A stretch of DNA of 62,906 bases, counting the filler, from Platydemus manokwari (Eukaryota): the NCBI GenBank assembly GCA_037951405.1. It is 6 parts of 6 records of this genome, joined end to end, with 100 filler letters (N's around TTAATTAATTAA, not from the genome) between each part and the next. Parts side by side here need not be neighbours in the genome. Positions count along the whole stretch, not along the records: positions 23,334 to 34,871 come from JBBMOY010612216.1; positions 34,972 to 43,908 come from JBBMOY011326206.1; 4 more parts are not named here. One strand, given 5' to 3'. The notes beneath the pieces were generated by a model, which saw only the letters and a program-made list of their open reading frames with translations, was not told the origin of the DNA and did not search any database. Positions 23,334 through 36,886 of this stretch are shown here, in pieces; positions within the stretch are counted from its first letter, which is position 1; every line of letters starts with the position of its first letter. Both the position numbers and the translations under genes were made by a program.

Positions 23334-24751
23334 TCAAGCTATTTCCCAGGTGATGCCCTATTTATAGATTTGCTTGAATAAACAAATATCATATGAGAGA
23401 TTATTTTTATTTTTGAATAATTTTTAATATTATTTATCATATTATCATCATGTTCTGTTATGATTTATATGATCGATTTAATTCATTAGAATATAGAGCC
23501 CATAGAAAATGTCTTTTCATTTTTTCTGCATGTTTCTCTACATGTAGTTAATTTGTCAAGCTCGAGTTGTTTATCAAATCAATTATAGTTAATATTTGGT
23601 ATATCAGTTATTGGAGTATTTATTTGATTGTTGACAAGAAATATAATTGATATTTATGAATAAATAGGCATTAAATCTTCAACAATGATATTATGAAGTA
23701 TGTTTTTTAAGATTTGATCTTGATTTTACAGATGTCAAATATTTACAAAGGAAAGAAGTTCCTGTGAACATATGTTAACAATGAATCGTATAAAAATATA
23801 TTCTGTTTGATGTATATAGGTTTAAAATATATAAGTTAAATAATAATAGTTTATAATATGTTTTACTTTTATTGAATTTGCCTTATGGAATCTGGAAATG
23901 AAATTTTGTGTTTGGAAATTATATCAAATATGAGAAATACTATATACATATATATGTATAATATTTCTCTTCCTAACCGCCACATTTTTCCAATGATAAA
24001 AAAGTTCATTTGATTGTTCTTTATTATTTTTCTCATAAAAAACTTCTCTTAACCGCAACATTTTTCCAATTCCACAAAAGTACCGGTTAAGAGGAAGATT
24101 ACTGTAAAACACCATCCAATTATCAAATATATATATATATATATTTGATTATTGGATGGCGTTGTTTGATATTCTATAATTATAGGTTTTAATTTTGTCC
24201 CGATATACATTTTTACATATTATATATGCAATATTTTATATAGTCATTTATATATTTTTTATAGACATGCTGAAAATATTTTCAATATCATAACCAATAT
24301 TTTCGTATTTATATCACATATTATTATATGGTTTATTGAATTAGATTTTATCAATTTTATTTAGATGGTTCAATTATCCAAAGATACCAACTACCTACAT
24401 CGAATGATATGCCTTCAATGTATAAGTTCTCTTGCTCCATTACTTGGTCCTGGTTTGACAAAAGAAAAATTTCTACCAACAGTTTTATACATGAGAGATG
24501 ATAAAGTTGCTAATGTTCGATTTAAAGTGAGAAAATTTCTAATAAATTGATGTGTGTATATATAGTAAATCATTAAATTCTTCTAGACAGCCCAAACTCT
24601 AGCTAAAATATGTATGTCATTGGATGTACCAGTACTCCAATCAGAAGTGAGACCATGTTTGGAAAAATTGGTCTGTGATGAAGATCTTGATGTTAAATTT
24701 TTTGCTTTGGAAGCAGTAGAGCAACTTCAGTGTCATCTTAAATCGGTTTAG
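23334..24751 (+). CDS. PPP2R1A: Protein phosphatase 2A scaffold/regulatory subunit A (HEAT repeats), last exons only
   Basis: Exons <23334-23349, 24365-24526 and 24587-24751, all GT-AG phase 0: ...QAISQ|MVQLSKDTNYLHRMICL...LPTVLYMRDDKVANVRFK|TAQTLAKI...LQSEVRPCLEKLVCDEDLDVKFFALEAVEQLQCHLKSV*. Matches the PP2A-A C-terminus (DPNYLHRM, DPVANVRFN, LQSEVKP.LEKL..D.D.DVKYFA). Confidence 0.95.
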
Positions 24752-27700
24752 TATTTGGAAACAACTTGAAACACTTAAAGAATCATGAGTGTTATGTGTC
24801 TATAATAAATATATAGTCGAATTAATTTTCATTTTGCTTTAATTTATATTTTCAAATTGATGAAATTTTCATTAATTAATAACGATTTCTTCATATGTTC
24901 CCATTATTATTATCTTTAATATGTGAGGTAATTCAAGCAGACGTATTACTTGCAACAAATCTGTTATTTTCATTACATTTTTGTAATTGTTTTTATATTC
25001 GATATTATCTTTTCTGAATTTATGAATACAATCAGATAAAATATTTAATATTCTCGATATTAGTTGTCAAAATATTAGACTTTCAGATCCATTGTATATT
25101 AATTGAAGATGATGACGTCCAATTATAGCTTGTTAAGTACAGTTGTGGTTAGTAAATGATCATGATGCGTGCACTCTAATTAATAGTTTTTATCAATAAA
25201 TCAACTATGCGAATGTTGTAAAACGAAAAAAATACATTTATTTACAATTGAACCAAAATGGCCATATATAAAGTACATAAAAACATAGGTAATCTTTCAT
25301 AGTTCGTGAGAGGAAAAGAGATGTAATTGGTTCCTGTAATATAGCTCTATGTTTGGATTTTATTCGTTATTTGAATTTTCTTGGACTCGTAATTTTCTTG
25401 GAATTTCTAATTTTTTAAGATTATGACTGGGATTTATCATTATGTTTGTCCATTTAATTTCATATGTGAAAATGAATTTTCCCGGTCGTAATTTTTCATT
25501 GGATAACTTTGTACGCAATTACTATAAATAAGGATTCCGATGTACATATGGTCGTTATTTTTGATGAGATATTTTTATATTTAACACGTTCATCGAAATA
25601 ATTACATATACAAATTTAAATGAATTTCAGTTGCTTGTTCCCCGAAGTTTTATCTGTGATTAGTCCTTTTTGCGAAGTCATAATTTAATTTGTTATTCAA
25701 AGTTAAGCCAATAGATTCTACCTTTGTGTTGATCATTAATTTTTCATCATAAATATTCGTCTTAAATACAGTGATTATCTTCATAATGCTAAATATAAAT
25801 AAGTAGAAATATATAATATTGATATAACTGGTTTTAATTAACTAATTTCTATAACATTTTACTAATAATTTTTCATTTTTGAAATCAATAAATTTATAAG
25901 TTAGTTAGTTAGAGATATTTATATATTCTTATTTAATTATAAATATTATATTTGTAAATTTTGTTACATAAAGATTTTTAAACTATTTTTTATGTTTGAA
26001 TATCCTAATTTCCAAAATTTTAAAACTTGGTTTATCATAAAATGTTGTAATGTTCATCAATTATCTCATTCATAATTTAAAGATTTTTCGATGCCTCAAT
26101 TGGACCAATATTAATATTCAAATAGATTTTATTGGTTGACAGTTGAACCCAACCCAAAAAAATTTTTTTACAATTCCAATTATACACAAAGTGTAAATAT
26201 CTCTATACCAATAGAATATCAATCATATTCATAAATCAAATTCATTTTAACTTTATCTTGATCTGCAATTCACTTATAACGACTATCAATTTGAACTTAT
26301 TTATTTTTAATAGACATTACGATTACTTTAACTTGATTTTTAATCAATAAGCCTTTGGTGAACAATTTATGTTGCTGATTTAATGTAATTAGTGTTTTCA
26401 CAGTGGTGCATTATTTATTATAATAATAAGAGCAAAAGGTTGAAAATATTTGCAGTGAGAAAAATGATAAAAACATTAATAATAACAGTAATATTAATAA
26501 CAAAAAAATAAAATAAAATGAATATATAACGATGATATAATGTGAGAAAGTGATATAATATAATCAAGTATTAGGCTGATAAATTCACAACAAACTACTG
26601 GTAAATTCATGACAAAATTAGTGGGAAATATGAAAATGATACACAGAAGCGATAGAGAAAACATGGCAAGTACCCACGCCGTGTTGTGGCTCAATTATAA
26701 ATAAGGACGGTAATAAACACTCATTAAAATAATAACAAAGAAGTCGATAGAATTCATAGATAATAAACTATTTATTAGTTTAGATCACAATTCTTGAGAT
26801 GAGAAAAATCCTTTTAAGTTGTTGTTTTATTAGTTGTTTTATTTTAAATGAACGTTTACTTTAATTTAACCTTCCATATCAGGATTATTTTAAATGAATT
26901 TGTAACAATCAATTTTACAATCGTTGCATCATCAATCAAATATTTTTCTTGCTTTTTTCTGACCGTCGTACGGATTTGGCGACGACTCATCAAAGTTTCG
27001 AGCCGAGTATTTTGCAAAATTTGTTTTCGGTGCTTTAGTTAAAAATTTCGTTCTTCTTTAACAAAGATATTTATATTCATGTCTCGAGTTCTGTTATTCG
27101 AATGAAGTGGTAGTAGTTAGCCAGTATAATTAGTTTCAGATTTTTCACATTTTTCATAGCAGTAGTGTCTTCAAACATACTATTGAAGTATCTTTGAACC
27201 AGATTGAGACTTTATAATAAAAATCTAATTACAGCACAACTGAATTTAACATATTTTTAAACTGCACTTCAAAATTAAACTTTTTTTTCGCTTTTCAAAT
27301 TTTATTTGCCTTAAGTATTTCCACAGATCTCTGCTACAATCATAATTACATTTTTTTGGTAAGATAAAAGTGATCTGTATAGTTTATTTTTTAAATCGGC
27401 CTGTAACCGAAAGGACAGTAAACTCCTTAGAGACAACCAAATGAAAATGAAAGGTGTCAAATCCACTATAAATAATCAAACAAGGCAACAAAATCATCAA
27501 TAACTAATCTAGTATGACACCAAAGAGGAAATATAGATAAATTTGGGGTAATCATTCTCGTCACAAAATTACCAAATTGTCACTCGAAAATAAAATTATT
27601 CTATTCTTATTGGTTAGCTAAACTCCTTTGAAATAATCATTTGAAATTAAAGTAAATAAAGATAACTTTATATACTTTATTATACTTACACGTGTCAGGT

Positions 27701-28460
27701 TCTGGTATGGTGAAACTTATTAGCCTAAGTTCAGTTCTACTTTGTCCATCTTAGATTAATATAAATTTCGCTTGGTAATATAGAATTAATAAAATAACCA
27801 TGAATAGAATAATTTTTTATCAGTCTCTAATTTGATTAGTATGTGTTCCCTTTAAATTTGAAATGAATTATTAAATACAATCAAATCTCAACACAATTAA
27901 GTAAAAATATTATCTTAAATCAACCATCAAACGTATTGCAAATTTTAGCTTAAAATTAAAATTAGACATCAAAGCGAGGAAAGAACAAATTTGCAGAGAT
28001 TACAAAGTTTATCTAGTGAATATTCTACCAACTGGATTTCAAAATTAATTGTCTGTTTAGAAGTCAATAAATAGCGTAATTTTATAATAGCGATATATCG
28101 TTTTCCAATCAGATAATTATCAATGTCAGTTGTCGAATTCCGGTGTGTAAGATTATAACATTTGATTTTAGATTATTTCGATTATTCAGTTTTCATTTCT
28201 TATTTTAAATTTTAGCTCTCTGTTTTATGAATATATTTTAGGAATAAAATCTAATTGGTTTATTTTTATTCATTCATTTTTAAGGGGATTATAATCGATG
28301 ATTATTTGTATCCACTTGATTTTATTGATGCTACGATTTTTGCATAGATTTTAATCTCTTGATTTTTAATAATTCTGAGGGTGATTCATTGTCTAATTTG
28401 TCTGTCAGGTTTATCTCATGTAGAAAACAATTACTCCAAGACTCCAATAAACAATAGACA

Positions 28461-29506
28461 TGATGTGTTTTAGGGCCTGTGGTTCTTGTTTATTAATATG
28501 AGTAGTCTCTAATTTAGTTCTTTGAAGATCAATGTCGTCTTGATTAGTCTCTGTGAGTTCTAATCAAGCCCGAAGTACAATTTCTAAACCTTTTCATTTC
28601 TTTTTTCATCTCACGATCAATACTATATGAAGATAGTCTGATCGGCTACAATAATCTTATTAAATTAAATCCTATCAGACTCAAATAATATATTAACTTA
28701 TTGCCTTACTATCTGATATATTTTACAAGAACTTCAATCAATAACGCGCTTTAATTATATTAAGGTTTATTGTTAAATAAAACTGATACAGCAATTGGCA
28801 CAAATATTACAATAAGCCAATTGATTTTAATACTCCACTAAACACTGAATAAAAAGTTCCTAAACGATGAAAACTTAACAATTTCTGGAATAAGTAACGG
28901 TTAATTGTCTACTACTCGTGGAGCAAAACCAAATTACCTTTAAGAGTGTTGGTTTAGACAAAGCTCGATAATAAAATGATATAACAATAAGCTATATAGT
29001 AACGATCAATAGTTTAAATGAAAATCAAACTCACATTAATTGCAGATGTCTTCGGAGAATATCCTCGGCAAAAATGACATATACTGTCTTCGAGCAATGA
29101 TATGTTATTCGCCCAGTGGTTTCGTATACTGTGCAGGATCTACTGATTTATCCCCTATACGAGTTTTTATTGTCTCTTTTTTGATTTTATTTCGATACAA
29201 TTTTCCAATAACTCTCAACTGATTTTGGTTTATTTCAAATTAATTTATTTCTCTTTATAGAAAAATTATCGTTGCCTATAATAAGAATAATTATTATTAC
29301 CAAAACTATATTGTTATTTTAATAATAATGGTTTTATCTATTGACTGATTTTCCTAATGTCATTACATAACATTATAGTGTTTTAAGAAATAATTATAAA
29401 ATTAATTTTTATAATTATTATTTATCTTAATAAATTATTCATTTCTTTATTTGCTAAACTTTCAGATAAAAAAATATAAAATATTATTTCGATAAAAATT
29501 GTTACG
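28461..29506. repeat. Dispersed ~1-kb repeat (possible solo LTR), copy 1
   Basis: Colinear similarity to 46064-47050, e.g. GTCTTGAT..GTC....TGAGT.CTAATCAAG, AATACTAT.TGAAGA.AGT.TGAT.GGC.ACAAT, CAATTGATTTTAATA and GGAATAAG..ACGGTT. Boundaries are approximate. Confidence 0.65.
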
Positions 29507-29616
29507 CTAAAGATACCACACAGAACTATTGCGACAGTTTATTGATATAAGATACATAAAAAGATACACAGGCCAATTGATACATTTTCAATTTAAGCCA
29601 GAATAAAATATTGGTA

Positions 29617-31034
29617 CTGTGTTTTTCCTATTATAAGCAGCCGCTTATATATTATTTTCCAACGAAATAAGTGGAGCACCGCTTTTTTTTCGATTACTTA
29701 AAAATTCATAATATATTTTTATTATAATATTTCAAATATTTAAAAATGTCACAGGCATTTTAATCAAACACAGTTAAATCGTCCTCTTCTGCGAAATCTT
29801 CAAAAAAAACAAGATTTAGAACAATCTCAATTAATTCCTGTGAATTAAGTTTATCTTTGATAAGTGGTCCTAATCTCTCATTTTTTGCTATGAAGCTTTC
29901 TTCGAATGAAGCCGACTTATCCAGATAGACAGCCTTCAAAGCTTTTTTGACACAGTTATCATTAATTTTAGCCCTGGCATTACTAACCAACTTGACTATT
30001 TCTAGTAGATTCGGTTTTACAAAGATCCCCTTTCATTTCTCATCATTCTCTTCTCAATATTCTCATTGATTTCTAATCTAAGATTGTCCTTAAATTGCTT
30101 ATTTATTACCAAATTTAACCTCTGAAGATACCCTGTCATTTCAGCCGGTATCATTATTTGATCAACACCTCTAACTTTAAGAAAATTCTTCATATCATTG
30201 GCACGACGAGTGCTAGTTGAATTCCATATAAGTAAACCTCTTCTATTGCCTCTAGAAACTATTGATGATGCTCCACGAGTGTCTAGTGTTTTCTGCGAAT
30301 CTTGTCCCATAAATACAGCTGTCTGATCGATTGCAATCATATAAGACAATTGGTATTTCTGAAAATCAATATTATTAACAAATCTCTTATACATTATTGC
30401 TTTCGAAACAATTTTATTATCCTCTAACTTAAAAATAGAGGTTCCCTTTCGGAGTGATAATTCATTACGAAGTAAAAACTTATCAATCCAGTGCGTTGTG
30501 GCTTTAAAATCCAATATTTCATTTTTGGAAGCCAAATCTACTGCAAAGTTTTGAATGTCATATCTTCTAACGATTAATCCTCGTGCTCTCCGGCCAATGA
30601 TCCAATAAGCTATGGTATTTTCTAATTAATTTATTGCTGGTGTTTTCCCGTCCCAACCTTTCTCTTCTTATTGTTCCCATCTGTAACTGACTTGCATAGG
30701 TTTGTATAAGCAGATCTCCATCTTTGAACCATCTTTATGTTAAGGTTCTTTTTCTTGCAGAAAACGGTTAGGTTCTTGTTTCTAGACTCTTCTACAATCA
30801 AATTTTTCTGGAATCAGCCATTTATGATGGGAAAATTATATTCATTTCAAAGCCTTTGAAAATTTGAAAGATTGATTTGTATGCATGCATAATAATTGCA
30901 TACTTATAGTTTCTATTTATGTGGTATTTATATTTGATACAGCGTATATTTGGAGGGCCGATTATTTTTTTTACAAGCAAAAATACACGCTACCTCTTAT
31001 ATTCGGGATACCGCTTATAATAGGAAAAACACGG
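29617..31034 (-). mobile_element. pogo/Tigger-family DNA transposon, internally deleted and non-autonomous
   Basis: 22-bp TIRs CTGTGTTTTTCCTATTATAAGC (29617-29638) and GCTTATAATAGGAAAAACACGG (31013-31034), one mismatch, with TA on both sides. The transposase relic has a CENP-B-type HTH (FKATTHWIDKFLLRNELSLR), IAIDQT, LLIWNS and IPAEMTGYLQRLNLVINKQFK (decayed LQPLD). Confidence 0.92.
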
Positions 31035-33494
31035 TATAACATTCATAAATTGTTGAAAATATACATCATTATTGTCAAAATTGTTATTATGCAACGTTTT
31101 TCGATCAGCACGATTTTCCAAAATCCCAAGAGGTATGTTCACTAAGATTTATTTATGTTACACTTTATATACTTGCTCAATAAAAGTTCTGCCAATTTAA
31201 AACGAATCCGGTCAGCTTAAAAAGCTGAACAACTGACAATGAGTCTACTTCTGGCTTTACAAATACAACCTCACGTGCTTCTATGATAATTTACTTTAAA
31301 ATTTTACAGCTCCCGGAGCTTGCAAACAAGTTTATTAAAGAATGAAAAATAAAGTACTTGTCCTTTGATTCTGGTTAGCGGTATTTTTAATCTTCATTAC
31401 TTACAGCAATCTGATATATTCTGAATTTGAACTATTCTTCTCTTGTCGAATTTTCAAATGGCAGTCTTCATTTAACTAGCACCACTGTGCAATAATATTT
31501 ATTTCATTTCTATAAATATCATTTATTTTCGATATTTATTTTTAAATTGATGACAAATTTACATATTAGAGTATGTAAAGCACTACTAAGTTTATCAAAG
31601 TTTAAATTTTGGATCTGTGATTTTCGTTTGCGATATTGATTTGGTTTAACAAATGAAAATCGTTTAGAAAATAAACAAAGTATTGGAATCTAAAATTTGA
31701 TTACTGCAACTAGAGATAATGGGGAATTTTAGAGAACATCTAGGTGAATAGAGTAACTGGTTAGCTGGGTTAATTGAGGCGTTCCTCAACAATTATAACT
31801 AAACCTTCATCATGAATATTATAATAATTAAATATTCTAAGCTTTATTATGTTTTAATAAATCTTGAGGAAACAGTTATTCCGCAGTCTAATTCTACACA
31901 TTTAACTCTTGTTTGTTCTACATCTCAATTTTTCAATATTTTCTTAAATTCTAATTCTTCGATTCGTGGAAACCATGGGTGTGTGGCGTAATGTGTTGTT
32001 GTACTTATTTATAAACTAAGCGCCAAACTAATTAACATTGAAATCGGTTACCATTTGTTGCTCACGATTTTGTCTCACTCTAATGGACATATACTTGAAA
32101 ACAATTGTAAGCCACGAAAAAAGTAAAGGTTAAATTGTTAATAAAAAGGTACATTGTTAATCTCAATTAACAAGTATTTAGACCTTAAACCTTCCAAATT
32201 CATCCACATTTTACATCCATGTAATACAAAATAAAAATATAACCAGATATTCACTAATAAAAAAATTATCAAGTATGACTTTACATTGGGATTTTAAGAG
32301 AATTTTGATGAAGAAATAATCTTGATTAATCTTTTGTTGTTAAACATTTATATGTTGAAATTAGGAGATTTATATCGATTTAAACCTGAATGATCGAAAA
32401 ATTGTCCATTCCAGACATAATTTCTATGAATTACTATCGTATTATTTTAAAATGTTCTCAACTTTTTCTTTACAGAATTTAAGTTTCTTTCATTTACAGT
32501 GATTCTCTGAAATTTGATTATTTTGGTTTCATTAAGGTAAAGGCAGAAACAAGATTGTCAATGACAAACGTAAGCAGCAATTAACGAATATTATAATATC
32601 AAGTATAGATCAACCACTAGAGAAAATTAACAAATTTCCGGTAGAAACTTTCAGTAAATATACATGGAGGCATACGCGAACTGTTGTATTTGAGTTGTTT
32701 AATGCTATTATTCAAACTCAACATCTTGAGTTCTCAATTGATGTCAGATAACACGAATAAAAATTTTAATTTTAATTTATTTCATGTATAAAACAACAAA
32801 TAATTTATGCAAAAAATTTATTGATTTTCTTTACATCTATTTACACATGTTTCCCCAAAGGATACAATTTTACATAGCTCCTAGTATAACGGATTTGCAG
32901 AGATCGCGAGTAATGCTTTCGATTCTTAAATATTTTAGCCATTACAGTTTTTAATTTATTACTTTTTATTCGAAAAACTGGATTCATTTTGAAGAAATTA
33001 GTTATTTAATTGTTTGTTTTATGATTCAGCAAAAGAAATATTTACTGCTTAATATCTTTTCAAATTCCTAATGTCGTTCAAATTCAACGTTCAGCTCGAT
33101 AAAACAAATCATGGGTTTTCTCCATTTAAAATTATTTCTAAATATCTTCATCTGGTTTTCTGGTGATTTCAGAATGAATTTCGATACTTTGCACAAAAAA
33201 ATTAATTCATAATTTAAATAATTTTGCTACTTCGCGATTCGTTGTTTATTATTTTATTCTAAAAATATAACTCATTGTGTTTATTTTTATTGGAACTAAC
33301 CGTTCTATTACTGATGCCAATATTTTATTTTTTATTACCCGTTAAACCTTAGTATAAATAACAGATATCTGATTTTTCATATTTATCAAAATAAAAATAA
33401 TAATTTTCAAAATCGTGTAAATTTTTATCAAACAATTGTACATGTGAGAATATCAAATTGAATTCAATTTGAATTAGTATATAATTTAATTTAC

Positions 33495-33650
33495 ATTGAA
33501 TAAGGCTTTATATTGAATTTAATGTTGTAATGAATTTAATGTTGTATTGAATTTGATTTTAAATTGAACTTAATTTTATATTGAATTTAAATTTTTATTG
33601 AGTTTAAATTTTTATTGAATTTAAATTTATATTGAATTTAATTTGGTATT
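33495..33650. repeat. 17-bp minisatellite (consensus ~ATTGAATTTAAATTTTT), about 9 copies
   Basis: TGA cores at 33514, 33531, 33548, 33565, 33582, 33599, 33616 and 33633. Confidence 0.85.
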
Positions 33651-34284
33651 AAATTTTCTTTATTTGTTTAAATAATTGTCTTTAGTCACGTGCCGTTAAC
33701 TAAGCAGATTTGTTCTAATGTTAATCCATATTTAGAAGCTAAGAATCGACATGCACATGCCTACAAACGACAGGAAGTTCAAATATCCACCAATGACATG
33801 AAAGATATAATAAAAATCTCAAGTAAATCGATCTACAAACAAATTCAGCGAATTGAAAACTAAGACCGATGACATCAAGTAGACACACCCGATGGGTCTA
33901 TAAAAGAGGTTGAATTTCATGGATTCTTGCCAGTCTTTTTTGGTCAGTAATTTCAATGCTTAGCTTATGTTTGATTTTAGTAATCAGTCTTTTTGATTAC
34001 TTTCCATGATGTTTTTAACTTTTATGGCACTAATACCATCTTGAGTGATTTTCTTTGTGAATTGCGTGAAGATTTGCTGTTGTTAGCATTGAGACTTTGA
34101 GTGTTGGTTTATACATATTTGGAGATTCAAATTGTTTTTGATAACCTAACATTATATTACTTTCAACAATCTCTCGGTTCAAAGAGCAAACAGTCCTTTA
34201 CATATTCCTGTATTATTATTTTCTCAATAATTTGATACATCATACAAAAAATGAAGAAGAAATTTATAAAAATAAATTATATAT

Positions 34285-34790
34285 ATGCCCATTTTTATAG
34301 TTTCTTTGTGATTATGGAGCATTTCCACCATATTCTATATATCCTTTTATCATTCATTGCACAAATTGCATCATTTTTCTGTTCATAAAAATATATTTTA
34401 TGTTTCTCATCAGTCAAACCTTTATTAACAAGTGACATATTTTTATTATTATAAATAACCCTTTAAAAACTTTTTCAAAAATATAATTTTTTATTTATAT
34501 CTTTTATTCTTTTAAGATGATTTAAATTCGATACTACGTGATATAAGTTTGATTTTATTAACTAACCTCCTTGTATTTTTCAAGAGGGTTTTCATCTATA
34601 AATTGATATATTCCATCACTCGTAAAATTTTTTATTTTATCAATTACATTATTCAAATTCTCATATTCATTCAAACTATCACAATCACTATAATATAATT
34701 GATATTTTCCCATTTGATATTCATCTATTCACTCATATATAAAATTATACAACAAGAAATTGGCGTATTCTAAAACTCTAAACCCTGTTA
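34285..34790 (-). mobile_element. Polinton-type pPolB C-terminal relic
   Basis: GFRVLEYANFLLYNFIY...QLYYSDCDSL (PolB motif C, YxDTDS), then KNDAICAMNDKRIY and a terminal GH. This follows the GF.ILELSK..MY.F.Y / LLYTDTDSL / ALS..DDKRY / GHY order of Polinton polymerases. Confidence 0.75.
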
Positions 34791-34871
34791 AATTTACAAC
34801 ACCGAGACACTGCATCCAGGCTCATTCGTTGGGCATTAAAATTACAACAATACAATATTAAGATCTGCTAT

Positions 34872-34971
34872 NNNNNNNNNNNNNNNNNNNNNNNNNNNNN
34901 NNNNNNNNNNNNNNNTTAATTAATTAANNNNNNNNNNNNNNNNNNNNNNNNNNNNNNNNNNNNNNNNNNNN
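34872..34971. other. Artificial contig linker
   Basis: 44 N + TTAATTAATTAA + 44 N. Confidence 0.98.
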
Positions 34972-35043
34972 GTTTAAATGATTTGGTAAAACAAAAACTT
35001 TAAACAACTAAAAAACATGAATAACTTTTGACTCAGCCTAATA
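34972..35043 (+). mobile_element. Terminal fragment of a mariner-like element
   Basis: AAAAACATGAATAACTTTTGACTCAGCCTAATA resembles a mariner 3' TIR ending in TA, at the contig start. Confidence 0.45.
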
Positions 35044-35339
35044 TATTTTATCTTATAACATAATATCATTTAAAATCTATTATTAAAGATCACTCCTTGA
35101 CAAATATACGTTAGCAGATGAAATATAATCTCATCATTAAGAGAAGAAATGTGAACTATGACATTTCAGAAAAGGGACAATAAACGTTCAACTTGTTTGA
35201 TATAAAATCATGGACGTAATAAGTAAAGCACACATCCTAATTAATTTAAAATCTAGACATTCTAGTATTCATTAACATTTTTTCATAAGATATTTTTTGA
35301 TAATTTTAATTTATTATTCCTGACCAAATTTCTGATATT

Positions 35340-36451
35340 AATTATTTTTTTCAATTTATCACCACAGCTGTTTTATCTGCAAATATCGTTTATTCAGTCC
35401 GTGTGGAGTTCGGTCAAACTGAATCTTCGTTTATGGAAAAAGACAGTCAATAAACAAACTGCACAACAGTGGTTTTCGAAATTTTACAGTGAAAATATTG
35501 ATTTAAACGATGTTTTTCGATCTGACCTACTTAATGACTTTGATGAAGACTGTTTTAACCAATTAATTCATGATGATTCCCGTCAATCAACGCAAGCGCT
35601 TGGACAAGCCATGGATTGAAATCACACCACTATTTCTCGATATATCAAGAAAATGGGAAGAATTCAAAAGCTTGGATCATGGGTATCTCACCTTCTCAAA
35701 GAAAATCACAAAGATCAACTTGTTTCGATTGCTGTATCTTAACTCTTTCGCCATCAATCTGCTGTGTAGCAACGTCAATATTTCCTTTTCAGGATCGTAA
35801 CAGGTGATAAAAAATAATGCCTGTATGTAAATATGAAACACAAATAAGCTTGGGTAAGTCCTGTAAAGCAGCCGCAACCATGTGCAAAACCAGAAGTTGT
35901 GTGTTTGGTGGAACCAAGTTGGTGTAATTCATTACGAAATCTTGCCCTGAAACCGAACAATCAATACCGACTTCATTGTGAAAAACTCAACTGAAGAGAC
36001 CAATAAGAAGCAGATAATTTTACAGCATGACAATGCTCTGAATCATGTCGCCACACTGTCAAAGTTGGCTATAAAAGAAATTGGCTTGGAAGTTTTTTCT
36101 CATCCTTCATATTTGCCAGACATAACCACAACAGATTTTCATCTTTTCCGATCTATGTCGAATCATCTTTCTGGTCTCATAATTGAAAACAAAGAATCAA
36201 ATGTTGATTGAATAATTTTTTGACAATAAATTACCAAGCTTCTTCAAACGTGGGATTGACAAACTACCAGAGCAGTGGAAGGAAGTAATCGATTGTGGCG
36301 AGGAATATCTCACCGAATGAGATATTTGTTTTTTCTAATGATTTCATAAATTCATTTTGTTATCTAGAATTTTTTGCATGGTTTTTATTCTTGATAAAAA
36401 TGCTTTTTTCAAAATGGAAAAAACCAAGCAAACTTATGCACCAACCCAATA
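35340..36451 (+). mobile_element. Decayed mariner (DD34D) transposon, 5' end not recognisable
   Basis: TAQQWFSKF (HTH), KLGSWVSHLL (WVPHEL), IVTGDKK (TGDEKW), ILQHDNA and HPSYLPDITTTDFHLFRSM (YSPDLAP.D.HLF). The 3' TIR-like sequence ACTTATGCACCAACCCAATA ends at 36451. Confidence 0.93.
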
Positions 36452-36886
36452 CATATTCAATTTACTTTTGGAAAAGTCTAATTAAAATCATCTTGATGTA
36501 ATTATACTGGTTTTTATTTGTTATATGTAGAGTTAAAAAAGCTAAAAATGAGTTCCGATAAAAAATTTAAATTGCCATCGATAATCTTAGTTTTTAATAT
36601 TCCCAAACATTACTAGATATTTTTTGAATAAGCCAAAATAATTTATTCAAATATTGAACAGAAACAAAAAAATTGAAAATAAATAAGTAATTAAAGATAA
36701 AACACTTTTAAATTAAATCTGTTTAAAAATTATTTATTTTAAATTAACATTTTCTATTTCAAGTAAAATTAAATTTGAAAATCATCATCAATTTATTTTG
36801 GAGAATTACAATTTGTTTATCTACATTGTATTAATTAAACTGAAGGTAGTTAAGTTCCAAATTTTAGTCATTATTGGGATTTTACA

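Noticed and set aside
25300-26420. Possible non-LTR RT relic on the minus strand (TLITLNQQHKLFTK), and a similar hint at 6460-6660
   Set aside because: Only one short motif each; too decayed to support a call.
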